From: Microbacteriaceae bacterium UBA1487
GTDB lineage: Bacteria; Actinomycetota; Actinomycetes; Actinomycetales; Microbacteriaceae
Length of the DNA: 64,000 nt
Assembly (NCBI GenBank): GCA_002325245.1
Contig: DCRR01000001.1
Span: forward strand, 8,312 to 72,311
Direction: 5' to 3'
Below, piece by piece: positions 49,422 through 59,954 of the stretch; position 1 is the stretch's first letter; every line of letters begins with the position of its first letter. The translations under genes were made by a program, and so were the position numbers. A model generated the notes under the pieces. The model did not search any database, had not been told where the DNA came from, and saw only the letters and a list, made by a program, of their open reading frames with translations.

Positions 49422-50390
49422 CTAGGTCGAACCACCGACGATGGGGATGCTGGCGGTCGATGGCGGAAGTGCGAGATCCGCCGCCACCACCGTCTTGGCC
49501 GCGCGTGCCGTCTGCGCGAGCACGATGGCGATCAGCACGATCGCTGCGCCGAGCAGCTGGACGGCGTCGAGCGTCTCGCCGAGCCAGATCCAGGCGAAGA
49601 GGAACGCGAACAGCACCTCGCTGGAGGCGACCACGCCGGCGGCGGTCGCGGGGAGGTACTTGAGCGCCGTGAACGAGAGCAGGAATGTCACGAACGAGCC
49701 GCCGATCGCGGTGACGATCAGCGGGATCCACAACGGCAGCTCGAAGCTGCCGTGGGAGCCTCCGAGCTCGGTCGGCTGCGCGAAGATCGATGGCTCGAGC
49801 TCCCACCAGCCGCTGAAGATCGCCCAGAAGAGCGTCGCGAAGGCGCCCGTCCAGAAGGCGACCGCGAGCGGCGAGGTCCGCGTGACCTGCCGCTCTCCGA
49901 TCACGAAGTAGATCGTGAGGGATGCCGCCGCGCCGAGGCCGAAGAGCACCCCGAGCGGGTTGAGACTGCTCGCCCAGATCTGGGCGACGAGGGCGAGCCC
50001 CGCGAGCACGAGGCCGATCGCGATCCACAGCCGTCGCCTGACCTTCTCGCGGAAGACGAAGAAGGCGACCAGGGCGACGAACAGCACCGCGAGGTACTCC
50101 AGCAGCAGCGTGATGCCGACCGGCAGCAGCGCGAGCGCCGCGGCGTAGCTTGCCTGCAGCAGGGCGAGGCCGAACACGCCGAGCACGGCCATGATCGCGA
50201 GGCCGCGCCAGCCGACGCGGAACCCGCGGGGGTTCAGGATCAGCAGGGCGATGCCCGCGCTGAGGGCGATGCCGAGGGTGCGCAGCAGGGTCAGCTGGGG
50301 TGCGCTGAGATCCGTCTCCAGGATCAGCTTCGTCAGGCTGCCGTTGGCGCCGAACAGGATGGCCGCGAGCAGCGCGTAGACATAGCCCAT
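49422..50390 (-). CDS. EamA/DMT family transporter
   Basis: 10-TM protein with two EamA repeats (LLAAILFGANGSLTK... and LFWAIFSGWW...). The ATG immediately follows the TAG of the upstream AKR gene (TAGATG). Confidence 0.85.
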   Translation of the reverse strand: MGYVYALLAAILFGANGSLTKLILETDLSAPQLTLLRTLGIALSAGIALLILNPRGFRVGWRGLAIMAVLGVFGLALLQASYAAALALLPVGITLLLEYLAVLFVALVAFFVFREKVRRRLWIAIGLVLAGLALVAQIWASSLNPLGVLFGLGAAASLTIYFVIGERQVTRTSPLAVAFWTGAFATLFWAIFSGWWELEPSIFAQPTELGGSHGSFELPLWIPLIVTAIGGSFVTFLLSFTALKYLPATAAGVVASSEVLFAFLFAWIWLGETLDAVQLLGAAIVLIAIVLAQTARAAKTVVAADLALPPSTASIPIVGGST

Positions 50391-51413
50391 CTAGACCCGG
50401 CCCGTGCCCTGCACGGCGAGCGGCTCGATCACGGCGAGCTCGTCGGCGCTCAGCTCGAGGTTGTCGAGGGCGCCGAGGCTCGACTCGAGCTGCGCGACGC
50501 TGGAGGCGCCGATGAGCGCGCTCGTCACCTGCGGATGCCGCAGCACCCAGGCCAGCGCCAGCTGCGCGAGCGACTGTCCGCGCGCCTCGGCGATGCGGTG
50601 CAGGCCGCGCACTCGCTCCAGGTACTCCGGCGTGAGGTTCCTCTCCGTCAGCCAGCGGCCTTCGGCGGCGCGCGAGTCGGCCGGCACTCCGTTCAGGTAG
50701 CGGTCGGTGAGCAGGCCCTGGGCGAGCGGCGAGAACACGATGCTTCCGGCGCCGACCTCGTCGAGCACCGGCAGCAGCCCCTCTTCGACGGGGGCGCGAT
50801 CGAACATGTTGTAGCGCGGCTGGTGGATGAGCAGCGGGATGCCCTCAGCGGCGAGCGCTGCGGCGGCTGCGCGCGTCTGGTCCGGAGCGTAGTTGGAGAT
50901 GCCCGCGTAGAGCGCCTTGCCGCTGCGCACCGCGTGCGCGAGCGCGCCCATCGTCTCCTCGATCGGCGTCTCGGGGTCGGGGCGGTGGTGGTAGAAGACG
51001 TCGACGTAGTCGAGGCCCATGCGACCGAGCGAGGCGTCGAGCGAGCTCAGCAGGTACTTGCGCGACCCCCACTCGCCGTAGGGCCCGGGATGCATGTAGT
51101 ACCCGGCCTTGGTCGAGATGACGAGCTCGTCGCGGTACGGCGCGAAGTCCTCGGCGAAGATGCGCCCGAAATTGGCCTCGGCGCTGCCCGCGGGCGGACC
51201 GTAGTTGTTGGCGAGGTCGAAGTGCGTGACCCCGAGGTCGAAGGCGCGGCGCAGAATCGCGCGCTGCGTCTCGATCGGGCGGTCGTCGCCGAAGTTGTTC
51301 CAGAGCCCGAGCGAGATGCGGGGCAGCAGCAGCCCGCTGCGCCCGGAGCGGGCGTAGTTCATCGAGTCGTAGCGGGTGTCGTCGGCGACATAGGGCGGAG
51401 GCATCCTGAGCAT
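50391..51413 (-). CDS. aldo/keto reductase (YghZ/Gpr-like, L-glyceraldehyde-3-phosphate reductase family)
   Basis: LGLWNNFG...THFDLANNYGPPAGSAE...ELVISTKAGY...DVFYHHRPD...YAGISNY...IHQPRYN...SPLAQGLL. Leaderless ATG 51413 (TACGCT, 6 nt). The track ORF to 52433 is spurious. Confidence 0.9.
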   Translation of the reverse strand: MLRMPPPYVADDTRYDSMNYARSGRSGLLLPRISLGLWNNFGDDRPIETQRAILRRAFDLGVTHFDLANNYGPPAGSAEANFGRIFAEDFAPYRDELVISTKAGYYMHPGPYGEWGSRKYLLSSLDASLGRMGLDYVDVFYHHRPDPETPIEETMGALAHAVRSGKALYAGISNYAPDQTRAAAAALAAEGIPLLIHQPRYNMFDRAPVEEGLLPVLDEVGAGSIVFSPLAQGLLTDRYLNGVPADSRAAEGRWLTERNLTPEYLERVRGLHRIAEARGQSLAQLALAWVLRHPQVTSALIGASSVAQLESSLGALDNLELSADELAVIEPLAVQGTGRV

Positions 51414-51506
51414 GGTCTCAGCGTAGAACCAGCGGGGCGGAACGAATCGTGCGTCGTCGTTGTTGTTTCTGGATGTTCCACCATGTTCGGAAAGTAAGGT
51501 CACTTC

Positions 51507-52034
51507 ATGCGCACATTCGTTCTCGCCGGTGGTTGCTTCTGGTGCCTCGACGCGGTCTACCGCACGCTCAAGGGCGTGCACGACGTCGTCTCCGGCTACA
51601 CCGGCGGCGACCTGGCGAATCCCAGCTACGAGGCCGTCTGCACGGGTCAGACGGGGCACGCCGAGGCCGTGAAAGTGGTGTTCGACGAGGCCGTGATTCC
51701 GGCGGAGGTCATTCTCGACGTGTTCTTCACGCTGCACGACCCGCGGCAACTGAACCGCCAGGGCAACGATGTCGGCACGCAGTACCGCTCGGCGATGTTC
51801 TACGCCGACGCGGCGCAGAAGGCCGAGTTCGAGGCGGCGCTCGCGCGGGCAGCCGAGTACTGGGATGGCGGCATCGTGACCCAGCTCGAGCCGCTCGGCA
51901 TCTGGTTCGACGCGGAGGAGTACCACCAGGACTTCTTCGCCAAGAACCCGACCCAGGGCTACTGCCTCGCGGTCGCCCAGCCGAAGGTCAACAAGGTGCG
52001 CCGTTCCTATGCGGAGTTCGTGCGGGCGTCCTAG
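51507..52034 (+). CDS. msrA: peptide-methionine (S)-S-oxide reductase
   Basis: Active-site GGCFWC, then GYTGG...NPSYEAVCTGQTGHAEAV and YHQDF. Leaderless start (TAAGGT, 6 nt, ATG). Confidence 0.95.
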   Translation: MRTFVLAGGCFWCLDAVYRTLKGVHDVVSGYTGGDLANPSYEAVCTGQTGHAEAVKVVFDEAVIPAEVILDVFFTLHDPRQLNRQGNDVGTQYRSAMFYADAAQKAEFEAALARAAEYWDGGIVTQLEPLGIWFDAEEYHQDFFAKNPTQGYCLAVAQPKVNKVRRSYAEFVRAS

Positions 52035-52165
52035 TCGCGGCGCCGTATTCGCCGGGATCTGCCTGAGCGAGACCTCCGTATCGACGGGCAGTCGAGGGGC
52101 GCCTCTGGCGCGGCGCGACGGTTCGGCGTAGCGTGCGAAGTGCACCGGAAAGGAGCTCTTCAACG

Positions 52166-52378
52166 ATGAATGACAAGATGATGACCGGTCAGCGCTGGGT
52201 TGCCTTCGGGCCCGCGGGAGCGGTCGGTTCGATCGAGCACACCGAGGACGGCTACACGGTCCGGATCTTGGAGGATGAGGAGCCGCGGGGCACCTACCCG
52301 ACGCTTCAGGTCGCCAAGAGCGCGCTGCACGCCAGCATGACTCCCGGTTCCGACTGGCCGGAGTTCCACGAGCATTGA
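52166..52378 (+). CDS. small hypothetical protein (70 aa)
   Basis: ATG 52166 preceded by GAAAGGAG (8 nt). MNDKMMTGQRWVAFGPAGAVGSIEHTEDGYTVRILEDEE.... Confidence 0.45.
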   Translation: MNDKMMTGQRWVAFGPAGAVGSIEHTEDGYTVRILEDEEPRGTYPTLQVAKSALHASMTPGSDWPEFHEH

Positions 52379-52576
52379 GCACCCATCCCGCGGGCGTTTC
52401 GTTCCCCGGGAGCACAGGCCCCGGTCCCTCCACATCGTGAGGGGGCCGGGGCCTGTGTCATGTGCGACAGAGCCAGCATGGGCGCACGGATGCCGGGGTT
52501 CCCTCCGGCACGAACGGCGCCCCGGCATCCGGTCGCTCTCGCACTCGCGAGGCGAACCGCGTCGAAGGAGCCGAAC

Positions 52577-53059
52577 ATGTCCGACCAGATCACCGTCACC
52601 GGCCTCGTGGCCACCATCCCGCGCCACCTCGTCACCGGCGAAGGGCTGCCGATCACCTCGTTCCGTCTGGCGAGCACGCAGCGTCGCTACGACCGCAGCC
52701 AGCAGCGCTGGGTCGACGGCGAGACCAACTGGTTCACGATCACGTCGTTCCGCCAGATCGCCCTCAATGTGAACGCGTCCGTGCAGAAGGGGCAGCGGGT
52801 CGTGGTGACGGGCCGGCTGCGCGTGCGCGACTGGGAGAGCGGCGAGAAGGTCGGCACCACGGTCGACATCGACGTCGACGCGATCGGCCACGACCTCGCG
52901 TGGGGCACCGCCAGTTTCACCCGCTCGGTGGCGAGCAGCGTGACTGCCGAGGCCGCCGCCGACCCGCGGCCCGAGCCCGAGTCGGGCGACGAGGAAGGCG
53001 CGGCGGCGGGGGCGGCGGAGGAGGAGGCGACACGCGAGCCCGTCGCGACACCGTTCTAG
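52577..53059 (+). CDS. ssb: single-stranded DNA-binding protein (paralog outside an rpsF-rpsR context)
   Basis: OB-fold ITVTGLVATIPRHL...TSFRLAS...NWFTITSFRQIALNVNASVQKGQRVVVTGRLRVRDWE, then an acidic Gly/Ala/Glu tail ending in PF. GAAGGAG SD. Confidence 0.9.
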   Translation: MSDQITVTGLVATIPRHLVTGEGLPITSFRLASTQRRYDRSQQRWVDGETNWFTITSFRQIALNVNASVQKGQRVVVTGRLRVRDWESGEKVGTTVDIDVDAIGHDLAWGTASFTRSVASSVTAEAAADPRPEPESGDEEGAAAGAAEEEATREPVATPF

Positions 53060-53079
53060 GCGTCGCGACGGACGCGGGC

Positions 53080-53442
53080 TCAGGAGTAGTAGGTGCCGGA
53101 GCCGGCGCCCGTGATCGCGATCGCCACGATCCACCACACGGTCGTCAGAACGATCAGGGCGATCGTGACGTAGCCGAGGATGAACCCGGTGACGGCCATG
53201 CCCTTGCCGGTGCCGTCCATCGACTTCGACTTGGCGACGCCGATGTGCCCGAAGATCGCGGCCAGGACGGCAGGCAGGAAGGCCAGGAACGCCGCGACGA
53301 GTCCGACGAGCGGGATGAGCGCCCAGATTCCGATCACGATCGCCGCGATCCCGAGCGCGAGCGCCGCGATGGCCATGCCGTTCGAGGGCTTGGCGGGAAG
53401 GGGAGCGTAGGCGGGCGGTGTCGGGGGCGTCGGAGTCGTCAT
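53080..53442 (-). CDS. DUF4190-like small membrane protein
   Basis: Pro/Thr-rich N-terminus, then MAIAALALGIAAIVIGI...AAIFGHIGVAKSK...AVTGFILGYV. ATG 53442 (TACGCT, 7 nt). Confidence 0.7.
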   Translation of the reverse strand: MTTPTPPTPPAYAPLPAKPSNGMAIAALALGIAAIVIGIWALIPLVGLVAAFLAFLPAVLAAIFGHIGVAKSKSMDGTGKGMAVTGFILGYVTIALIVLTTVWWIVAIAITGAGSGTYYS

Positions 53443-53525
53443 GACCGAGAGCGTAGGGAAAATCGCCACGGAGGCCAAGCGTCGCCGCGGTGCGCCGGAG
53501 GCGAGCGTCGCTCTAGGCTGTGAGC

Positions 53526-53996
53526 ATGACTTCGGCTGCTCGTACTCGTGTCACGGCCGTGGCGGTGGCCGTGGGCCTCGCGTTCACCGTTGCCGCATGC
53601 GCTGCTGACGAGCCCGCGCCGATCCCCACGGTGACGGCGAGCGCGCCGCCGACGGCGATCCCGAACCCCGATCCGACGCTGCGACCGGACGGGTCGGCGC
53701 TGCAGAACCTCGACTACTTCGAGTTCGTGCTGACGGCCGCGGTCGACGACGGAGCCGAGTCGGGCGGAGCGTTCGTGGACGCGCTCGTCGAGGCCGGTTT
53801 CGAGCGCTCGGCGATGGAGGTCACGGCCGATCGCACGACCGTCAACCTCGACGCCGACAGCGTCCAGTTCTCGGTGCTGATCAACGACACCTGCCTCGTC
53901 GGCCAGTACGGCGACGACATGGGGCTGCACGTTGCGGCGTTCACGGTGCTCGCGACCGGCACCTGCCTGGTCGGGGAGACCGAACCCGTCGGCTGA
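53526..53996 (+). CDS. hypothetical lipoprotein
   Basis: Signal peptide plus lipobox VAVAVGLAFTVAAC. Leaderless start (TAGGCT, 6 nt, ATG). Confidence 0.6.
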   Translation: MTSAARTRVTAVAVAVGLAFTVAACAADEPAPIPTVTASAPPTAIPNPDPTLRPDGSALQNLDYFEFVLTAAVDDGAESGGAFVDALVEAGFERSAMEVTADRTTVNLDADSVQFSVLINDTCLVGQYGDDMGLHVAAFTVLATGTCLVGETEPVG

Positions 53997-54047
53997 CCTC
54001 GCGCCCGGGCGTCAGGAGCAGGGCCTCGGCTTCCGTAGACTCGAGGC

Positions 54048-55730
<1,683 letters not shown>

Positions 55731-55736
55731 TCGCTC

Positions 55737-55788
55737 GCGCACGCAGAAGCGCCGGCCACCTTCGGGTGACCGGCGCTTCTGCGTGCGC
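55737..55788 (+). terminator. 24-bp stem hairpin with TTCG tetraloop downstream of ettA
   Basis: GCGCACGCAGAAGCGCCGGCCACC-TTCG-GGTGACCGGCGCTTCTGCGTGCGC (one mismatch). No U-tract, which is common in high-GC actinobacteria. Confidence 0.7.
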
Positions 55789-55815
55789 GGCGTGTTCGCG
55801 GTCGACGCGACCGCA

Positions 55816-55853
55816 CGAAAAAGGCCGCCCCGGGTTTCCCCGGAGCGGCCTTT
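55816..55853 (-). terminator. intrinsic terminator of the opuA operon
   Basis: On the minus strand: GAAAGGCCGCUCCGGGG-aaa-CCCGGGGCGGCCUUUUUCG, a GC hairpin followed by a U5 tract, 46 nt after the opuAC stop. Confidence 0.75.
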
Positions 55854-55898
55854 CTCAGTTCATCGCGCGGCGTGAGCCGCGGTCACGAACGAACTGCG

Positions 55899-56816
55899 TC
55901 AGTTGGCGAGAAGGCCCTCGAACGCGTCGGGGTACTCCTCGAGCCACGCGTCGATCGCCTCGGCGTACTGGCCCTCGCCGTACTCGTTGACGACGAGGTT
56001 CTCGAGCGCGCCGTACTGGGCGTCATCGAGCTGGATGTTCGCGATCAGCTCGGCGGCCTCGGGGTGCTCCTCCGAGAAGCCGGCGGTGCCGAGGAAGTGC
56101 AGGCCCTCGGAGCCGCCCATGGCGCCTTCCGGGTCCTCGAGCGTCTTGATGTCGAAGGCCGCGTTGGCCCAGAACGGACGCCACAGCGTGACGACGATGT
56201 CCTCCTGCGCGTCGATCGCGTTGCCGAGCTCGGTGAGCATGGCGGCGGTCGACGAGGTGACGAGCTCGTACTCGCCCTCCAGTCCGTAGGTCGGGATCAT
56301 CGTGTCCTGCGTGAGGGCGGTGAGGCCCGCGCCCGGCTCGATGCCGGTGATCTTGCCGTCGAACAGGTCGCCGTTGCCGGCGAGGTCCGCGATCGAGTCG
56401 ATCTCGGTGTAGGTCGGGACCGCGATCGTCAGGCTGGCGCCCGCGTAGTAGGTGCCGAGGTCCTCGATGTCGTCCCCGTACTCCTCCATGTAGGCGGCGT
56501 GGGTGACCTCGGACCATGCCGAGGGGTAGATGTCGACGTCGCCGCCGGCGAGGCCGATGTAGAGCGGAGCCGCCTCGGTGAGGGTCTCCATCTCGACGGT
56601 GTAGCCGAGCTTCTCGAGCTGGTCCTCCAGGAGGTACGCGGTGCTCAGGCCGTCGGTCCATCCGGGGATGAAGCCGAGCGTGATGGTGCCCTTCGAGTCG
56701 CCGTTGTCGGATCCGGCGTCACCGGTCTCGGCGGTCGCGCAGCCGGCGAGGCCGACCGTGAGGGCGAGCGCACCTCCGATGACGGCGCTGCGGCGCACAG
56801 TGTGTCCATTCAGCAT
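55899..56816 (-). CDS. opuAC: glycine betaine ABC transporter substrate-binding lipoprotein
   Basis: Lipobox LTVGLAGC, then ITLGFIPGWTDG...YPSAW...WRPFWANA (OpuAC/ProX aromatic box residues). AGAAAGGA SD before ATG 56816. Confidence 0.9.
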   Translation of the reverse strand: MLNGHTVRRSAVIGGALALTVGLAGCATAETGDAGSDNGDSKGTITLGFIPGWTDGLSTAYLLEDQLEKLGYTVEMETLTEAAPLYIGLAGGDVDIYPSAWSEVTHAAYMEEYGDDIEDLGTYYAGASLTIAVPTYTEIDSIADLAGNGDLFDGKITGIEPGAGLTALTQDTMIPTYGLEGEYELVTSSTAAMLTELGNAIDAQEDIVVTLWRPFWANAAFDIKTLEDPEGAMGGSEGLHFLGTAGFSEEHPEAAELIANIQLDDAQYGALENLVVNEYGEGQYAEAIDAWLEEYPDAFEGLLAN

Positions 56817-56906
56817 GTGAATGTCCTTTCTCTGGTTGTTCCCGGCGATGCGGGCTTGGCAGCGCTCCACGGAAGTTCCGTCGAGCGCGGATTGGGGGAG
56901 CGGCGC

Positions 56907-57812
56907 CTAGCCGGCGCTGCGTGCCACGAGCTCGGCGCGCGCGCTGCGACGGCGCGCGACGATGGCTCGCAGCGAGTGCGGGTGCTCCGCGGGGGTTCCC
57001 AGGGCCGAGGTGACGCGGTCGAGGAAGATCGCGAGGATCACCACGCCGAGTCCGGCTTCGACGCCCATCGGGACGTTCAGGGTCGAGATCGCCGCGACGA
57101 CGTCCTTTCCGAGGCCGTCGGCTCCCGCGATTCCGGCGATGACCGCCATCGAGAGCGACAGCATGATCACCTGGTTGATGCCGCCCATGATGGTGGGCGC
57201 CGCGAGGGGCAGCTGGATGCCGCGCAGGATCTGTCCCGGCGTCGCACCGAAGGCCTGGCCGGCTTCGACGCGCTCGGCGTCGACCCCGCGGATGCCGAGC
57301 TCGGTGAAGCGCACTCCGGGCGGGAGCGAGAAGATGATCGTCGCCACGACACCGGGAACCACGCCGATGCCGAAGAAGATGATCGCGGGGATCAGATACA
57401 CGTAGGCCGGCATCGTCTGCATGAAGTCGAGCACCGGGCGCAGCACGGCGCGGGCCGCGGAGTTGCGCGCCATGAGGATGCCGAGGGGCACCGCGATCAC
57501 GATGGCGATGAGCGCCGCCACGAGAACCAGCGCGAACGTCTGCATGGCAGAGACCCAGACGTCCATGCCGAGAATCAGCAGGAACGAGATGACCGTGCCG
57601 ACGGCGAGCTGCCACGAGCGTAGCGCCCAGCCGATCAGGGCGAAGACCGCGATCAGAACGAGCGCCGGAATCCAGAGCAGCACGTCGGTCAGCGAGGTGA
57701 CCATCCAGTCGAAGCCGGTGTCGAGACCGTCGAACACGATCGCGAGGTTGTCCTTCGCCCAGTCCAGGCCGGTGTCGAACCATTCGCCGACGGGAATGCG
57801 GAACCAATCCAT
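56907..57812 (-). CDS. opuAB: glycine betaine/proline betaine ABC transporter permease
   Basis: IPVGEWFDTGLDWAKDN N-terminus typical of OpuAB/ProW. EAA loop EAGQAFGATPGQILRGIQLPLA. Confidence 0.9.
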   Translation of the reverse strand: MDWFRIPVGEWFDTGLDWAKDNLAIVFDGLDTGFDWMVTSLTDVLLWIPALVLIAVFALIGWALRSWQLAVGTVISFLLILGMDVWVSAMQTFALVLVAALIAIVIAVPLGILMARNSAARAVLRPVLDFMQTMPAYVYLIPAIIFFGIGVVPGVVATIIFSLPPGVRFTELGIRGVDAERVEAGQAFGATPGQILRGIQLPLAAPTIMGGINQVIMLSLSMAVIAGIAGADGLGKDVVAAISTLNVPMGVEAGLGVVILAIFLDRVTSALGTPAEHPHSLRAIVARRRSARAELVARSAG

Positions 57813-59110
57813 CAGCGGGTCTCCTTCGCTTCGGTTGCGGAGGCTTCGTCGGCGACTCCCGGGGCAGTGGCGAGCAGCTCATCGATCTCCGCGGCGGGCA
57901 CGGGGATCACGATCTCGCCGGTCGCGGCGTCGCCGGGGCCGAGAGCGGCCAGCAGCGTCACGCGCGGGATGACGCCGACGAGGCGTCCGTCAGAGTTGAC
58001 GACCGCCAGCGGGAGCGGCGACTCCACCGAGGGAACGAAGAGATCCATCAGGACCGCATCGACCTCGACGGACTGCGGCACCGGGCGGATCACGCTGGCG
58101 AGCGAGCGCTCGCCCTTCTGGACGAGCTTCATGGCGTCGCGGTCGCGCACCATGCCGAGCAGCTTGTGATCGCGGCCGGTCACGTAGACGGCGGAGGAGT
58201 ACCCCTCGCGCATCGCCTTGAGCGCGGTGCGCGGGCCCGCGGACTCCGAGACGGCGAGCCGCGGCTTCTCCATCACGTTGCCGGCGGTGAGCACGCGCGC
58301 ACGGTCGACGTCCTGCACAAACTGCTCGACGTAGTCGTTGGCGGGGTCGGTGAGGATGTCCTCCGGCGTGCCGATCTGCACGACGCGACCGTCGTGCATG
58401 ACGGCGATGCGGTCGCCGAGGAACATCGCCTCGTTGAGGTCGTGGGTGATGAAGATGATGGTCTTCTGCAGGGTCTCCTGCAGTTCGAGGAGCTGCTCCT
58501 GCATCTCGCGGCGGATCAGCGGGTCGAGGGCGCTGAACGCCTCGTCCATCAGCAGAACGTCGGTGTCGGCGGCGAGGGCGCGGCCGAGGCCCACGCGCTG
58601 CTGCATTCCACCGGAGAGCTCGGAGGGATACTTGTCCTCCCAGCCGGCGAGACCGACCAGTGCGGTGGTCTTGCGGGCGCGCTCCAGGCGCTCCTCGCGC
58701 GGCATGCCCTGGATCTCGAGGCCGTAGGCCACGTTGTCGAGCACCGTGCGGTGGGGGAGCAGGGCGAAGTGCTGGAACACCATGGAGATCCGCTTGCGGC
58801 GGATCTGGCGCAGCTGCTCGGCCGAGATGCCGGTGATCGGGTCGCCGCCGATCGTCACGGTTCCGGCGGTGGCGTCGAGCAGGCCGTTCAGCATCCGGAT
58901 CAGGGTCGACTTGCCGGAGCCGGAGAGGCCCATGACGACGAAGATCTCGCCGCGCTTGACCTCGAAGCTCGCATCGATCACGGCGGCGGTGGTGCCGAGC
59001 GAGACCTCGTCGCGGTGCGCGCCGGTGCGGAGTCGTTCAACAGTTTCGGTTGTTCGGCGGCCGAAGACTTTGAAAAGTCCGTCCGCCTTCAGTGCAACAG
59101 TGTCGGTCAC
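57812..59110 (-). CDS. opuAA: glycine betaine/L-proline ABC transporter ATP-binding protein with tandem CBS domains
   Basis: Walker [10 protein letters not shown], signature LSGGMQQR, Walker [12 protein letters not shown] and the C-terminal CBS pair. GTG 59110 with AGGA SD. 1-nt overlap (TGATG) with the permease start. Confidence 0.92.
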   Translation of the reverse strand: MTDTVALKADGLFKVFGRRTTETVERLRTGAHRDEVSLGTTAAVIDASFEVKRGEIFVVMGLSGSGKSTLIRMLNGLLDATAGTVTIGGDPITGISAEQLRQIRRKRISMVFQHFALLPHRTVLDNVAYGLEIQGMPREERLERARKTTALVGLAGWEDKYPSELSGGMQQRVGLGRALAADTDVLLMDEAFSALDPLIRREMQEQLLELQETLQKTIIFITHDLNEAMFLGDRIAVMHDGRVVQIGTPEDILTDPANDYVEQFVQDVDRARVLTAGNVMEKPRLAVSESAGPRTALKAMREGYSSAVYVTGRDHKLLGMVRDRDAMKLVQKGERSLASVIRPVPQSVEVDAVLMDLFVPSVESPLPLAVVNSDGRLVGVIPRVTLLAALGPGDAATGEIVIPVPAAEIDELLATAPGVADEASATEAKETR

Positions 59111-59427
59111 GTCATCCTGTGCCTGCGCGCGTCAGCGCCAGGTCTCGGGTTGCGGTCCGGGCACGCCGTGCGGACGCCTGCGATCATCTGCAAGCGAGGG
59201 ACGTCACATCGAGTGACGTCGCGCATCGACATGCCATACGCTCGCCGCCACGGGGGCGGCGATCGCGGCCTGGGTGTCAGGGCTCACTCCACGGTCGTGT
59301 CGGACGCGTCGCCGGGAGGCCGTCAACTAACGTAACAGAGCCAGGCAAGCCCTGACCAACCGTGGGCGCCATCGAGTCCGGATCGAGACCTGGCGTTCAC
59401 TTCACGTTTCGAACGGAGCCGTCCACC

Positions 59428-59913
59428 ATGACCCGACTTCACGTGCCGATCGCCTTGCGCTGGGCGGACCTCGATGCCTACGGGCACGTCAACAACGCGG
59501 TCATGCTGCGGCTGCTCGAGGAGGCCCGCATCCAGGTGTTCTGGGCGGACAGCGCCGCAGGCCACGAGGCCGGCGACGCCCCCGCGACGGCGCTCATCGA
59601 CAACGGCGATGGCGCGCAGACGCTCTCGCTGATCGCGCGGCAGGAGATCGAATACCTTGCCCCGGTCCCGTACTTGCGCAAGCCCATCGATGTGCAGCTG
59701 TGGATCGGGCGACTCGGCGGATCCAGCCTCGAGGTCTGCTACGAGGTGTGCTCGCCGGTCGGCGCGGAACCGCAGATCGTGTTCGCGCGGGCGAGCACGA
59801 CGATTGTGCTCGTCGACGCGACCACGATGCGACCGCGCCGCCTCACCGAGGCTGAGCGCGAGACGTGGTCCGCACACGCGGAGGACCCGATCGAGTTCGT
59901 GAACCGCCGCTGA
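59428..59913 (+). CDS. hotdog-fold acyl-CoA thioesterase (4HBT/YbgC-like)
   Basis: LRWADLDAYGHVNNAVMLRLLEEARIQ is the characteristic 4HBT N-terminal motif. ATG 59428 with GGAG SD. Confidence 0.8.
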   Translation: MTRLHVPIALRWADLDAYGHVNNAVMLRLLEEARIQVFWADSAAGHEAGDAPATALIDNGDGAQTLSLIARQEIEYLAPVPYLRKPIDVQLWIGRLGGSSLEVCYEVCSPVGAEPQIVFARASTTIVLVDATTMRPRRLTEAERETWSAHAEDPIEFVNRR

Positions 59914-59954
59914 ACCGCCGACCGGCCGCGTGAACAGGGCCTGGCCGCACCGGG

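Noticed and set aside
49083-51497. 804-aa plus-strand ORF spanning the EamA and aldo/keto reductase region. Similar long shadow ORFs occur at 54012-55742 (-), 55872-57623 (+), 58166-59335 (+), 62635-63900 (+), 45055-46443 (+), 46572-47732 (-), 17378-19186 (-), 10855-12261 (-), 12364-13881 (-), 13745-15124 (-), 29669-31324 (-) and 34707-36047 (-).
   Set aside because: All are Arg/Asp/Gly/His-rich nonsense on the strand opposite genes with unmistakable family motifs (EttA, OpuA, AKR, FGE, sulfatase and others). They were not reported as CDS.
48161-53500. Whether the region downstream of tRNA-Arg is an integrated mobile element or prophage remnant, and whether any CRISPR, IS or integrase is present anywhere in the window.
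   Set aside because: No integrase, recombinase, transposase, phage structural genes or repeat-spacer arrays were seen in any frame. The genes here include housekeeping msrA, AKR and EamA with normal GC, so only the 36-nt att-like duplication itself is reported.
59111-59360. ydaO-type c-di-AMP riboswitch in the opuA leader.
   Set aside because: Only a vague resemblance (CCGCAACCCGAGACCUGGCGCUGACGCG) to the 3' conserved block, and no GGGGA/GAAUC elements. The region is kept only as an unclassified structured leader in the findings.
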